This document shows, piece by piece, positions 25,873 through 39,939 of a stretch of 64,000 nucleotides of DNA. Position numbers and translations under genes: made by a program. Source of the stretch: Octopus sinensis (taxonomy: Eukaryota); assembly GCF_006345805.1 (NCBI RefSeq), contig NC_042997.1, positions 11,780,001-11,844,000 on the forward strand, in the 5' to 3' direction. The notes below the pieces were generated by a model. The model saw only the letters and a list, made by a program, of their open reading frames with translations, was not told the origin of the DNA and did not search any database. Positions within the stretch are counted from its first letter, which is position 1; each line of letters starts with the position of its first letter.

Positions 25873-27622
25873 AATATTTTTATTATTTTATATATCAATA
25901 TATATATATATATATAGTAGAGGAAATATAATTATTACAGAAATTGTTTAAGGTAAAGGCAAAGTGTAGCTGAATCCTAAATATACTTTTAACACTTTCG
26001 GAAAATGAACAATGAATTTACTTGATCGCCTCACCATTCAATCAAAATAATAATAATAATAAAGAAAAGAATACTGAGGTATTAAAATAAATATATAAAA
26101 CGAAAAATATAGAATTATAAGCTAAAGAAGTCCATTTAGTATATATATGTTTGCTTGGCTTGGAAGTTTAAAAATATTATCTTATCATTCTCCTCCTATT
26201 TGATATGTGTGTGTGTGTTTGTGTGTGTGTGCGTGTGTGTATGTATATATGTATACATGCATGTATGTATATGTCTATACATATATATTTATATATATTT
26301 GTATGTTTATATATGTAAATATATATTTTTATGTATATGTTTGTATATTTTAGTTTGCATTTTATATATTTTGTTTGGTTTTGATAAAAAAAAGAATGGA
26401 AACATAATTCAGCAATATGAAGGAAATTATTATTTCCATATCAAATATTTCTTTCTCGCTTTCTTCATTTGAATATACACATATGCTCACACTTTCTGTG
26501 ACTTCTCATGTTTTCGTTCACAATATAAACTCTCTAGTGTTATATATATATTTGAAAAGAAAGATATCTTGTTAAGCACTATTCAATCCCATGGCATTAA
26601 AGTTCTCTTCCTGTTTAATGTTAAACAGCGTAAAGAAAACGAAACGAGGTTTGATTGTTATATGAAAAAAACTAGATAGTTAGATGTTTGATGCTCCCCT
26701 ATCTTTCTTTGTTTCCTGCGTTTATACGTACGGGCATATATATCTTTATAGTTTAATACCAATATGGCTGCAAATATAAATAACGTATATGAAAGAAAAT
26801 CTAACGTAGCACCCGATGGAAATGGAAGTCACCTCTCACGTGTTAGCTGTTAGATAGGTTCGACTTCCACTGGTTACGCGTTTTATAATTTTTATCTACG
26901 TGTACATCCAGCTGTGACACAACCGTCACTCTATGCATTGCAAGTATGAGCAACAATTATAATTGGTTCTTTAGCTCAGTTCTTAGGCATGTCACACTAC
27001 CACCTGGACCTTGAGAGCATCTAGCGGAGTTCACTCAATTTTAAGCATTGAAGCCAGGCATCTGCCAAGGAGCTACTGTGTTCGTTTCCACACATCGCAA
27101 AGTTCTACTCAGCTACAAAATAGTGAAAGCCAGAAGTACAGTTATTTCCCTTCATTTATCCAACATTCGTGTATTTCGTAGCATTCTGGATTCCACTTGT
27201 CACCTCATATTCACGCGGAGACTACGCATGTTGTCTTTCTGAGATATGCTTCGACCCCTCTCTCCAATATATCTTTGCTGACGAGGCCACACTTTTTATT
27301 CCAACTGCACCGTGAATCTATTACCTGCACATATGTTGACTTCACTCTCTCCTAGTCACTCATTTCTTCCAGTTGCTCTGATTCAAAGTCTCCCTTCTTT
27401 TATTCCCCCTAATATAATTACATCCTCTACCGCGTTCTTACTTCTTCGAAACACAACCATCTTTTTGACCATATCGCCTCCTGTATTGAAGACATATATC
27501 TTACTTTACCTTTTCTAAGGTCATCCCCTTCGGTGAATTTCAACTGTTGTAGTTTATCGTGGTTCTCTCTCTCTCTCTCTCTCTCAAATAATAACGACGC
27601 TAATACAGAAATTGAATTTTAC

Positions 27623-27850
27623 TTAACCCTTTTGTTACCAACCCGGCTGAAACCGGCTCTGGCTCTGTTGTACAAATGTCTTGTTTTCTTAAGGTTTCAA
27701 TTAAAATCTTCCACCAAACCTTAGTCACAATTTATGTTCCTAACACTAGCAGAATGATAAACCAAGTTATTTTACTAAATTCTTTGTTATATTTAAAGTA
27801 ATTGAAAGAAACACAGAACATCTCAAAATAAATACAGTAATGAAAGTGTT
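27623..27850. mobile_element. piggyBac-like MITE
   Basis: Begins TTAA-ccctttt-gttacc; ends in the degenerate inverse cagtaatgaaagtgtt. Confidence 0.6.
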
Positions 27851-28599
27851 GCATCAGCTTATTTTATTCCCTACACGTATCACAGATTAACATACAGGAA
27901 CACGAAATACCAATGATAACTTTCTCATCTTGAAACCTAATTTTTACCAAAATCTGTCTCCGAACCTATCGCCTTCGCCGGTCACTACCACAGCGCCTCT
28001 ACCCTTTACACATGCACAAATCACGTAACATCCCTAACCTAGAGCACATAAAGCCATCTGACTGGTTGGAACTCTGAATGTTTTTATGTGAACTACTAAT
28101 GGTAGCTGGCAGCATATGTGCTCCACAAGTGACCATGCAGAAGCAGCCAGGCGCCTGAGTGAAGCTACCATTTGGAGCATGTTCCAACATTTCTCTCATG
28201 TGGTTCATTCATGGTTGTGTTGAAATTGATTTAGACTAAAAACAATACCTGGAGGAACTCAACCCTCAATAAAGCCGCCAAAAAGCTGTGAGAATTTACT
28301 GCAGGAATGCAAATCCTAGTAGAACCACTGTTCTTGTCACAAAGAGATTTTTCAGACATAGTACATCAATATATGCCGCCTTCCAAACCACGGTCGATCC
28401 TTTTATACCCTTGCCAAAAATATTTCTATCAATTTTGCAGGATTCTCTTTTTCTTTCCTTAGCAACAATGATAGTTCTGTGAGCGTCATGATCGCACAAA
28501 AAACCCTCCAAATTCGCTGTGTGCTTTGTAGCTAATTCCACACTACATAAACATGATAGTTATTAAAATCTCTTTTCTTCCACTCTTTCAAACGCACAA

Positions 28600-28860
28600 A
28601 AAAAACAGACATAAAAATGGCGTTTCCTTATCCTAGGCTTTGTCATCAAATGCTAGCTCATATATTCAGCAAAGTCTTGAGTCTCTCCTCCTCTACAGGG
28701 TTTAACTCCGATCTTTGGAAACATGCTACAACGGCTCCTATTCTCATGAAAGGCAACTTCACTAAACCTACCAAATATTTTCTTTCATTTCCAGTTGCCA
28801 TATTAACGAAAATAGACATTAAGATGGCGTTCTCTAACATAACACCATGAAATTCCCTTT
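28600..28860 (+). mobile_element. Degraded LINE RT N-terminal fragment
   Basis: LAHIFSKVLSLSSSTGFNSDLWKHATTAPILMKG..ILTKI resembles LxxIFxxSLxxGxxPxxWKxAxVxPIxKKG. Confidence 0.5.
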
Positions 28861-29094
28861 TCTGACAAGCAAAGTTTCTCTAAAGTCAGGTCCTATCATA
28901 GAAACCACGTTCTTATGCCCAGCAGTAGGCTCTCACTTTGGAGAAATTTATGGAAAGCAATATTGTCAAAGTCGATATCAAACCAAAAATCACACCCACA
29001 GACAAAAATTGTACATTGAATAATATAACCTTAGATGCGTTAAGCGAAAAAAGCTGGGATTTTTACCTCTGTTTGAAAGTAAATGTGGAAGCTC

Positions 29095-29295
29095 TTATGA
29101 AGCTTGAAATCTGAATGTCAGGGTAATGGGTAATTTGACTGCTAATACTCAATTTTAGAACCTGAGTAGAAGTGATTGCAGATCAATGTGAGATTAAGTG
29201 TTTTACTCAAGAACACAACGCGCCACTCGTTCCAGGAACTGAAGCCACAAGCTTGTGATCCTTAGTGCAACCCTCTAACCACTAGGTCATGCACC
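29095..29295 (-). mobile_element. Old tRNA-derived CORE-like SINE
   Basis: Minus: ggtgcatgacctagtggttagagggttgcac..ttcagttcctgg..gcgttgtgttcttgagtaaaacacttaat. Confidence 0.6.
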
Positions 29296-29302
29296 CTTAC
29301 AA

Positions 29303-29333
<31 letters not shown>

Positions 29334-29467
29334 TGTATGTATGTATGTATGTATGTATGTATGTATGTATGCATGTCTGTCTGTCTGTCTGTCTGTCTGT
29401 ATGTATGTATGTGTGTGTGTGCGTACGTATGTATGCATGTATGCATATATGTATATACATATAGCTA

Positions 29468-29498
<31 letters not shown>

Positions 29499-29683
29499 TT
29501 TTTGTTCTTTTTTCCCTTTTACGATCCCTTTTGATCGAAAACCTACGCCACCTTTTTTTTTCTCCCCCAAAAGAAAAGCTCTACCTTGTAACTTGTCCCA
29601 TCTGTGTGCAGCCCTGTGTGGCCAATAAAGAAACTTATCTATCTATCTATCTATCTATCTATATATCTATCTATCTATCTATC

Positions 29684-29749
<66 letters not shown>

Positions 29750-29780
29750 ATATATATATATATTGACTATATATATATAT

Positions 29781-30013
29781 AGTCAATCCAAACAAGAACA
29801 AGCAAGAAAAAACACCAACGGGAGGACGTGGTACAAAACAGTGTTACTGGACGCTCAAGAAAGGAAAGAAAAGAAAGAGGATTTCTCGTTTCGAGCTCGA
29901 AACGTGAAATCCTATTTCTTTTCTTTCCTTTCCTCTGCGTTCAATAACACAGTTTTGTACCACATTCTCGTGTTGTTGTTGTTTTTGCTTGCTTGTTCTT
30001 GTTTGTATTGACT
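29781..30013. repeat. Imperfect 233-bp palindrome made from the 3' half of the HHR element at 63768-63940
   Basis: Centre cgtttcgag|ctcgaaacg at 29895/29896; arms end agtcaat / attgact; right arm aligns to 63831-63940. Confidence 0.85.
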
Positions 30014-30159
30014 ATATACCGCACGCACACACAGACCCCGGCCTCCTGACTGACTTTGGAGTACCTAATTCCTGGAATTCTTGTACCTCCGGATTACTGT
30101 TCCTGTTCATTCGGATTATGCCACACTACATCTTGATTGAATATATATATATATATAAT

Positions 30160-30206
<47 letters not shown>

Positions 30207-30660
30207 GAGTGTATTTTACCTTGTTAACAATTAACACGGATAAATGAATGAATAGTTACCAGGGCAGCAAAAATCTCACAAGAGAAGATTGCATTGTTTA
30301 TACAGTGGAATTTTTGAAACATATGTAGAAAGAAAAAATACTTGTTTAAACCTGCGTTGACTCCATTTTTTATTCCTATATATATATATATATATATATA
30401 TAATTCATAAATGAGGGCAAAGGAAAAAATTTCTAATGCCAAATATGCCGAAAAATTGGACATATTGTACATTAACCATATAATTTTTTCACAATACGCA
30501 CGCTACTCGAAAAAAGGTCGACAGAAATTTCTAAAAAATTCCAGTCATTTATGAATTGTTTATAAATTTAACCATTAAAGGTATTTTTTAATATGCTGGC
30601 CATTGTTAAAATTTTATTCGAGAAAATATTTTTTTTCGAAAATAATTTTATCCTCACATT

Positions 30661-30716
<56 letters not shown>

Positions 30717-30751
30717 TAATATATATATATATATGTATGTATGTATATTCA

Positions 30752-31500
30752 CAGATATGACAGAAGTAAGTAGACCCCATTATAATCATTAAAAATTCAT
30801 TAAATCTGAAATTACACTTTCGAATTATTTATTTATTGCTATAATGTGAATATTTAATACTGTGTAGACATGTCCTTTGGATTTTTCAATCCAAGGGCCC
30901 TATTAGGCATGTTACCGATCAGATGACGAACATTCTCTTGAGGAATTTCTTGCCAAGTTTCATGCAGTAAAAGATCTAGCTTTGAAGATGCTTTGCTTTT
31001 ATGAAGTGTCCTGTCCATTATGTCCCAGAAGTGTTCAATAGGGTTCATATCTAGTGGCTGGATTGGCCATGAAGCTTTTTAAGGCCATTCTCTTCCAACC
31101 AATCCTGTGTTATTTTAGCCGTGTGACAAGAAACCCCATCTTCAATAAATAAAGAGTATACTTTAATAATTTCACCACTGCAGAAGATTGGAAGGAGTCC
31201 TATTTGCAATAGGGACACATTTATCTGAGTTTATATTACCCTCACACTCTACCAGCTCTGATCAACCATTGCTCAAAATTGCTCGCCAGAATAACTGTCG
31301 TGTTTCATTGTTGGCTGCAATCTTTTTACATCAAATTCTTGATCACAGAGTCTCCAAACCCACTATCGACCACTGTCACGAAATACACCAAATCTGAACT
31401 CATCAGAGAATATGACAGTGTCACAAAATGCTAGTGGCATCTCTACCATCTCACTGGCCTAATCTTTTCTCCTCTTGATGTTGGCTGGTCTATTACTTAT
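30752..31500 (-). mobile_element. Tc1 (DD34E) transposon relic, 3' part
   Basis: Minus: SDE motif ~31405, FIEDGVSCHTAK, WP.QPLDMNPIEHFWDIM..LIGNMPNR; Tc1-like terminus cag..agaagtaagtagacccc at 30752. Confidence 0.85.
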
Positions 31501-31949
31501 AATTTACACCTATTACCATTTATGAAATCAGTGTATGATTTCTACGGTGATCTTATCCGCTGACAAGGGGAGTTGAGATTAAGGTATTATCAACGCCTGT
31601 ATCTGCGTGTGTGTGCGTGTGTGTATATGTGTGTGTGTGTGTGTGCGTGTGTGTACGCATGTTTATGGTGTTTATATGTTTTGGATGTGTGTTTGTTTGT
31701 GTGTGTATGGGTTTGCTTTGTATCTGTGCCCTTTATATAGCTTTTTTCGTTTGTGTTTGTTTACTTATTTATCTTTACTTATTTATCTCTATTTCTTATA
31801 TTTCATCATGTGTGTGTTTTTTGCATGTGTATTATGTTATTTGTATCTGTGTCTTTTCCATTCTGACTTTAGTCACCGTGTTGCGGGGTGTGATATCATT
31901 CCATGGGTATTATTGTTCGGTTCGTGTTTTCTGTTGAGACACAGACTGT

Positions 31950-33600
31950 CTATTACTGTGTGTGTGGCCTCTGTAATCTGTCTAAGAGTTGTTTATATTC
32001 TATGCATTGATAATATGTTAAGTTCTATGTTATTTAGCGAACTTCTATGTTCTACTTTAGCATGTTGGTAGTTCACTGACGAACTTCTATCCTCTTTGAG
32101 CTCCACCAGTGTTTTGCCTATTTGTTCCCCTATGCTACATACCGTCTCCCTAACGTAAGTAGTTGTCTTGTTTCTACGCCGTCTTTCAGTACATCGTAAG
32201 ATTTAAACTACATTCCTAATCTTGCAATTAACTTGTGGGTTCAACCTACATACTATACAATTGTTCTCCGTAAATGAGGATCTAGCGAGAGGATAACTTA
32301 TGGGGTTCCTCGCCTTTCTAATAAATTAATCTGTAGATTTACCATAGATACTTTTCTAAAATGGTATACCGCGATTGTGGTATTTTTTTACTGTGTTTCC
32401 ATTTGTTGTTGTTTCCAGGATTCTGTTTCCCTCGTAGGTGAGGGGATGTTTCATGTTCTTTGTATGTATTTCGTTGTCTATAGGTTCTGTCTTCTTCCCA
32501 TCTTCTATGTTTATTGGACCATTCAGGATGTATGGGATTGTTGGTCGCAAATCGTGTATTTCTTGAGTTTTCTATGATGATTATTCATATTCTCATTATT
32601 TTCTGCTGACTCTAGTGTTGGGTCTTTCATAATATGTTGTCTCTTCTAATATGGATAGCTCTAGAGTTATATAGTATACCGTGTCCATTAAGACTACTGC
32701 ACTCCCTTTATCAGCCTTTTTTATTGTCATTGCTTTACTATATTTTAATCTGTTCAGCTCAGCCCATTCTTTCTTACTGAAGTTTGGTTTGTATTTTTGT
32801 TCGTGAATGTGTAATTCGTGATGTATTCAGAGAAATGGTCAAGAATTTTGTTCTTAGATTTTGATGGGGTATAGTTACTTCTATTTCGTTGTATTTGTCG
32901 TATAGTTCCTCGGTGAGTGGTAATTTTCTGCAGAATTCCGCAACGTCTTCTGTCATTTCGTATAGCTGGGACGTTGTGGGGTGTGTGTGTAAATTTAAGC
33001 CCTTTGGAGGGTATGTTGATTTGGTCTTGTGTTAGTTCTTTGGGAGTTAGATTGATAACTTGTATCACTTTTGGTGTCTTCGGTATGACTGATGCTATCT
33101 CTTATCCCTGTGTCTGTGTACTTGGTTTAAAAAATGATTGAGGTGGTTGGGGCGGTAGCTGTTATGTAGTTGTCCCCTGTTGTGTAGGGTCCTGTTGTGA
33201 TTTATGGTGCAGGTTCTTGGATGGGGATTGAAAAGTGTCCCTACATTTGGTGTTCAGATTTGGTGCTTTAGAGGGCCATCGTTGGTAATTATTTCGTGTG
33301 GTATAGGTTTGTTGTGCGTGGTTATTAAGCGGGTTGTTGGAATAAAAATTACGTTAGTATCTCCTTGTGGTAGCGGTTGGGGGAGGTTGTAATGTCTATC
33401 CTGTGTGCAGTGATTTCTTATTTCTTTGTTTGTTGCTGGGGAACCCCCGTTGTTATTTCGCGAGTAAGTTATGAATTTAGGGTTAGATCCTGTATCCTTT
33501 TTTTGGTAGGGGAGATGGTTCTGTATTTTTAAATGGGTGTGAACCTGTGTTTGAGTGTTGTTTTGATTTTCGTATTTTTAGAAAAGGATAGCTGAAAGAC
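31950..33600 (-). mobile_element. Internally deleted Penelope-like element
   Basis: VINLTPKELTQDQINIPSKGLKFTHTP (LxKGLxFxP), DVAEFCRKL, MTIKKADKGSAVVLMD (DKG motif ~32690-32730), degenerate GIY-YIG CKIRNVV*ILRC..YV.ET ~32140-32240; RT core absent. Confidence 0.8.
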
Positions 33601-36600
33601 AGTTTCATAGTTTAAAAACCAAGTGACGCGTCTTTCGCAGCGATGGAGAGATTTCATTCCGTCGTCACAATCCTCTTTCCATAGTTTTGAGGTCTTCTCT
33701 TGGTTGGTTTTTCAATTGGTATGTTGTTAGTATATTAATCCCATAAATTTCCTCGTCCTCTTCCTCCTCCCCTTTACCCTCCTCTTCTCCTCCCCCTTCT
33801 TCTTCTTCTTCTTCTTCTTCTTCTTCTTCTTCTTCTTCTTCTTCTTCTTCTTCTTCTTCTTCTTTTCACTCTTCCTCGGCTGCTGCTGCTTAAACCAACA
33901 GACTTCAGAACCAAAATATTTCTCTGCGCCCATAAAGTGTATTTTTTTCAGATCTGCTTCTACTTAGCGAGCCTTTACAAAGACAAAGAGAGAGAAAGAG
34001 AGAGAGAAAACAGAAAAATGTGCTACCTATTTGAAGACTATGGAAATATTTACAAAACATTTCATTTAGCTTTTTCTTCAATTTAATTGCTTTTCTTTTT
34101 AATTGATATCCACCTTTGTTTTACTCTTAGTTAAAAAAGTCGAAAAGACTGGAACCGGTACTAACAGTTACAAAATGTATTTCATGATAAAATTATTTTA
34201 GCATTTTCTACCATGTCTTACTTTCCTTATACATATCAACTCGTGTGTCATTTTTCAATCTTATACACACACACACACGCACACACACATACACACACAC
34301 AAACACACACACACACACGCACACTCACATACATAATGCATTATCATTATTATTACTAATTTCTGACTAGGACACAGCATATCATTTTACAACCACAATA
34401 TATTAAACCAAATATATAAAAATTTACAATAGCTTGCTCTATTTTTTTTGTGTTAGCAGTGTAATATTCTAACTTTTAAGTTTACCTCTGAACAAATTTT
34501 CTATAGAATTCAGAGCCAGCACAGATATTTACGACGTTTCGTATATCAATGTATCTATGCAAACAACGCAGTCTAAGATAGAAAGAAAAGTAATGAGTGT
34601 ATATGCATATTTTATGCGTTATTGCTCTTTCATCAGTAATGCATCTAACCCATTAATTATCCACGAACACATTGCTTAAATACTCACTAAATCTAGCGGT
34701 GTAACAGTACGAGATTTAGAAAATGGCAAATTTTTGCTTGCTTCATCAATTTATTTGTTTCATTTAGTAAAAGTCTGAGTACTGATTGAATAGATCACCA
34801 CTTGAAAAGAATAAACTCTGATACATGTTTTGAGTACCTTCCTATTTGTTATATTTCCAGATCTGTTCCACGCACAAAAGCAGATGTTCAACAAGACTTC
34901 ACAAGTCACCAATACATATAAACTGAGCGATGTGTGCGGAACAGATTCATCGACTGTAGATTTTATTGGGAGCCAGTAAGGTCCAGTTATTTTCCTTCAT
35001 TCTTCTACGTATATATTAATGGCCTACAGGCAGGCACCCTCAATTGTATAATCGTCCCTATGGGTAACCTCAACAGAAACTTCTGCATTTGGTTACACAG
35101 ATTTTACTTAATTTCCTATTGTGTCTAACCTAGCCTATCAACATTCTGGGATTGACAAAATAAAATATCAGTAAAGTATTTAAAGTACAATTGATTCACT
35201 TTTTCCCTAAAAATTGCTGGACTTGTGCTTATGTTAGAAACAATTATTTGAGGGCGGCAGATGGGCAGATTTAGTAAAATACCAAGCGGTTAGTGCTTTT
35301 AAGTGAGACAGGATTCATATAGCACAATTAGGGATGAAATGCCTAATTCAGCTGGCGATGTATAAATGGAGGATTTATACAAATATCGTTGCCAGACTTT
35401 TAATTAGCCGATAACGTTCGATTTTTTCGTTGATTTTAGAAGCAGGCGATAGGCCAGTACGTCTTCAATCTCTATTAGATAACAGTAAAATCAAAATTTT
35501 TGGATTATATTCAAATATGAGAGAGATAGAGAGTGAGAGAGAGCGAGAGCGAGAAAGAGAGAGAGTGAAAGAGAGAAAAATAGAGAGTGAGGGAGGAGAG
35601 AGAATATAGGAGAGAAAATATAGAGAGTGAGGGAGGAGAGAGAATGAAAGAAAAAGAGAGTGAGAGAGTTGAGTGATGAAAAGATGTGATGCTGTAAGAG
35701 AAAACGTTAAATCAGTGAGTATAAGGAAGATGTCTAAATCAAGACATTGTTTTTCCCTCATTGTGCAATTGGTAGGCGATTCGGGTGATCGGGGTGGCTT
35801 GAAACGAACGTGATACCTATATGGGTAATATTTGAGTTCTGTAAGACATTCAGACATAATGTTTGAATGAAATAATTTCGTTGAAAGAAATGAAATAGCA
35901 AACTTGAATCACTACAGCCTTCTCCCAGCCAAGAAAATGTTTCACTTTGATGAATTAGAGAATGATAAAGTGCATATTTTACTTATGAAAAGAAATTTAT
36001 ATGATGGTAATAGATAAATAATGAAACAGTTCTGACAAAATTACGGCGTACAACAAAGCAACATAGCTTAGGATTTTACCAGCAAAATAACGTGAAATGA
36101 CTTAATTTATTTAAGAAATGGTGATGAGAAGTATATGATATGCAGATTTACTTTATATCTTAATAAGAAAATTATCGAATGTTTTAACCTTTTACTGGTT
36201 TCTGTCTCAAATAGGATAAAATTGATGGATCACAATCAGTAGAAAAATGACCATACAATAATCATATCGAGTAAAGTAACAAAAGAAAAAGATTTTACAA
36301 GAAAAGCTCTTGTAAATGGTCTCTAAATAAATGTTCATTCTTAGCGTTTTGAACAGAATCAATAATTCTTAAATTATAAAACTAATCTAATAATGTACAT
36401 AGCTATTACGAAGTTTTACAACTTAAAATGTATCTATTCACCATAGCTCAAAGCAAAAATCAATATATATTCTATTTAGTTATCTCTCTAAAAAGGGCTT
36501 TTTGCTTAACATTGCTAAGGCGACTAGCATATGTTTCCACGGAATTTTGTACAAAGAAAACGAACTCAATGTTAGCGCTTAATATAGTGGAAAACATCCA

Positions 36601-36696
36601 ATGCTTCAAGCTTAGAGACAACGTGCTTCGAATATTACTTTACAATATAAAAAGGAAAAGCAAAATGGCTGCCAAATTCATTGGCCGATGATGTCT

Positions 36697-36766
<70 letters not shown>

Positions 36767-37089
36767 GCAGCAATAGTGTTATTTCTCTTATGATTATTTT
36801 TATTTTCGTTGCTGGTATTGTGTTGTTCTTTGTTGATTTTTCTATTTTTAATTGGTAAGTGGTTTCGTTTTATTTTCAAATCAGAATGCTTGTTTTCAGA
36901 GATAATGGAAAACTGGTAATGGAATAGTGTTAATAACTTGATAGATTTTTTAAACAATTTAGAAGATATTAAGACTGATACACACACACACACACACATA
37001 TGTAGTGTGTATGTGTGTGGGTGTGTGTATGTATATATGCATGAAAACACACACAGACACACCATCGAACACATACCTACATACATACG

Positions 37090-37143
<54 letters not shown>

Positions 37144-37674
37144 CATATAGACAGTGGGAAGGAAAGAGAAAGGGGAAGGGGTGAAATGGTGATAGTGGAG
37201 AGAAATACTGACATAAAATAAAATGTGTGAGTAGCAATATCTATTGAAGTTGTATTTGAGTCAACATATGTTTGGAGGAAAATCAATCTGAATAACTGAG
37301 AAACTGCAGTATGTCACATGAAAAGAAAACTATATAGACTGACAAGCAAAATGAAACACCCCCCATGCACAAACACCCACCCACATATACACACATACGC
37401 ACGCGCACACACACTTACACATACACACACACACACTTACATATATAGTGATGGAGTGCTTACGTAGATATATAATTTGCAATGTGTTTAAAAGTATACA
37501 TTTAATTTAACATAAAAACTACGAAATTGTCTTGCTCTGAATTCTAAACAAATGAAAATATATTTATTCATTTGTGGGTGGAAATACTGGGATCTTTCTA
37601 ACTGGTTTCGATTCATATTAGAGTCTCATCAGATAACAATTACACTCTGTCTGTGCTGACAGAGAAAGGCTAAA

Positions 37675-37940
37675 TTTAGATAAACTTAGATATGTTTCGA
37701 CCAAAGATTGGTCCAGGCCATGTCTAACTTAATAGCACCACCTGATAGGATTATTCGAATCCTGTTTAAGTCAAGTTTTGTTTATGGTCCATTCAATTAG
37801 TGAGTTCTTGTTGGGTGAGTTGTATCCAATTATGGGTGGCTTATCTGGTATTCTTTGAAGGAATCTATCCAGGCACCGTTTAAAGTTGATGGGATCCTTT
37901 TCCTCTTTGATCTCCCTCGGAACAATGTTAAATAGGGCTA
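37675..37940 (-). mobile_element. 3' end of a CR1-group LINE
   Basis: ALFNIVPREIKEEKDPINFKRCLDRFLQRIPDKP..NSLIEW*, then UTR ggtggtgct..catggcc-tg-gacca-atctt-tggtc-gaaac and short terminal repeats. Confidence 0.8.
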
Positions 37941-38306
37941 TTAACAAATTGTACTTTAAACAAACCTGTGATCAGCTAAAGTCTATAAACTACTATTTTA
38001 TCCGTTAGCAGAAAAAATACATTACTTGTTTTCTGATGAGGTTCCAAAACGACTTGAAATCGTTCCCATCGATACCAGTTTTTATATCTCATGGAGATAA
38101 ATATATTTGCTTACTTATATTTATATTTCGAAGCAAGGCTAAAATTGTCACATGAATGTGCTTAAACTATTATAAGTAGATGACTTAAAAAAAACCCCAC
38201 AAGTGTACGAAGCTAATTCCTGTGAGGCTGATGTCCTGGGAAGAAATAACTGCTGGTATTGGTTAGATCAGAGTCTGGACTTAGGTAAACAGTATGGGCG
38301 GTGAAA

Positions 38307-38538
38307 AGGCGGCGAGCTGGCAGAAACGTTAGCACGTCGGGCGAAATGCTTAGCGGTATTTCGTCTGCCGTTACGTTGTGAGTTCAAATTCCGCCGAGGT
38401 CGACTTTACCTTTCATCCTTTCGGGGTCGATAAATTAAGTACCAGTTACGCACTGGGGTCGATGTAATCGACTTAATACCTATGTCTGTCCTTGTTTGTT
38501 CCTTCTATGTTTAGCCCCTTGTGGGTAATAAAGAAATG
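38307..38538 (+). mobile_element. SINE family A, full length with tail 1 and 16-bp target-site duplication
   Basis: agtatgggcggtgaaa at 38291-38306 and 38539-38554. Confidence 0.95.
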
Positions 38539-38595
38539 AGTATGGGCGGTGAAAGGAGGAGGAGGAGGACGAGAGAGAGAGAGAGAGAGATAGAG

Positions 38596-38629
<34 letters not shown>

Positions 38630-38631
<2 letters not shown>

Positions 38632-38963
38632 TGTCGTGAGTGCACGGAAACAGCCATATTTGGATAATGGACGGAATTTTACGGCTGGGCGTGGCTGTTT
38701 AGGCGCAGACGATTTTTGAAGGATGACTAGGCGTTCAACCTGTGTTGCCACTAATGGCAAACGCGCAAATACGCACACAGACATGTGCACGCAGCAATAT
38801 AGTCGGATATACAAAGAGAATGTGAGAGAGAAAAAAGGAAGAGATATTACAATTTATTAATCGAACACGAGTGACATAAATATTTTTCTTCACCTCATAG
38901 ACATAAAGAGAAATGTTCGACAACATAAACAGAAAAAATAGAGTGAGAGCGGTGAGAGACAAA

Positions 38964-39015
<52 letters not shown>

Positions 39016-39135
39016 GAAAAGCAATATATTTGATGTCAGATATGTTTACGTCGGATCAGTGACGCGAAATGTGCAACGCCAAAGCTGCTGTGTCAAAACG
39101 CCTCATGCCTAGAATAGATGCGATTGGATGCACAA
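38630..39135. promoter_or_regulatory. Possible regulatory region (CpG-containing, apparently unique DNA with motif cluster)
   Basis: CArG ccatatttgg, GC-box gggcgtggc, ttgcca-ctaa-tggcaa palindrome, tgacgc, gattgg; no transcript evidence. Confidence 0.2.
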
Positions 39136-39758
39136 CAAGCCCATATGAGAGGTTCTTTCATGGGAAATATCACAATATTCCGTGATCTAACATAGTGTCT
39201 ACATTGAAACGGAGATAAATATTAAGCTTTGGTATTAACACTGCTTCTGTCTCATATAATTTCTGTTAGAAATATAAGAAAATATAGCTTTTATTTCTAA
39301 CCGATTAAATTTTCTATATAAAGTCTGATGTTTGGTTCTGCCTTCGATAACACTACTAATAAGTCAGAAAGTTGAAATGCTATGTGGTCCATGTAGTTTG
39401 CTTGGAGATGGTTTGATTCGGAGTAATAGTAGTGTTGAAAATATCTATAGGAGCAGACATGAGAAAAGGAAACTCTACTTCCTACATAAGAAGCTTGGTG
39501 AATTTTGCTGATAGTAGTGAAGATCGAGTAGGTATAAGTTAAATTGAATAAGTGGAAGCAAAAGATCCTTTGATATACAGTTTTATAAATTGTAGCCTTT
39601 AATAAATTGCAATAACGAGTAGAACTAATTTTAAAGAAACATTAAAATATTAAGTGTTGAACCCCGCTGATAATTAAATTCTGCGTACCAAGTGACCATT
39701 GACCACTGACCAATCACCACCACTCATAGAATACTACTATAACATATTTTTTCTACGT

Positions 39759-39939
39759 ATTCGTCTGCCGTTACGTTCTGAGTTCAAATTCCGCCGAGGT
39801 CGACTTTGCCTTTCATCCTTTCGGGGTCGATTAAATAAGTACCAGTTACCTCACTGGGGTCGATATAATCGACCTAATCCGTTTGTCTGTCCTTGTTTGT
39901 CCCCTCTGTGTTTAGCCCCTTGTGGGTAGTAAAGAAATA
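39759..39939 (+). mobile_element. 5'-truncated SINE A (tail 1) with ~21-bp TSD
   Basis: tataacatattttttctacgt (39738-39758) / tataacatatttcttctatgt (39940-39960). Confidence 0.9.

Noticed and set aside
30270-30335. Stem + GAAAcatatgTA resembling an HHR 3' half (similar weak cases at ~34530-34640 and ~42800-42870)
   Set aside because: CUGANGA box mutated or stems I/II unpaired; cannot be supported without a family consensus
35700-35857. Possible minus-strand exon (acceptor-like tcttacag; ELKYYPYRYHVRFKPP...), and similar candidates near 13870-13960 and 34860
   Set aside because: No recognisable protein motif, no consistent donor/acceptor pair, reading frames run into microsatellites
37690-37725. 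Hairpin followed by GAAAC as a hammerhead
   Set aside because: No CUGANGA box; better explained as the LINE 3'-tail stem-loop
37600-38075. CTGATGA...GAAA motifs at ~37605-37635 (minus) and ~38030-38075 (plus)
   Set aside because: Core boxes are present but stem I does not pair; at best decayed HHRs
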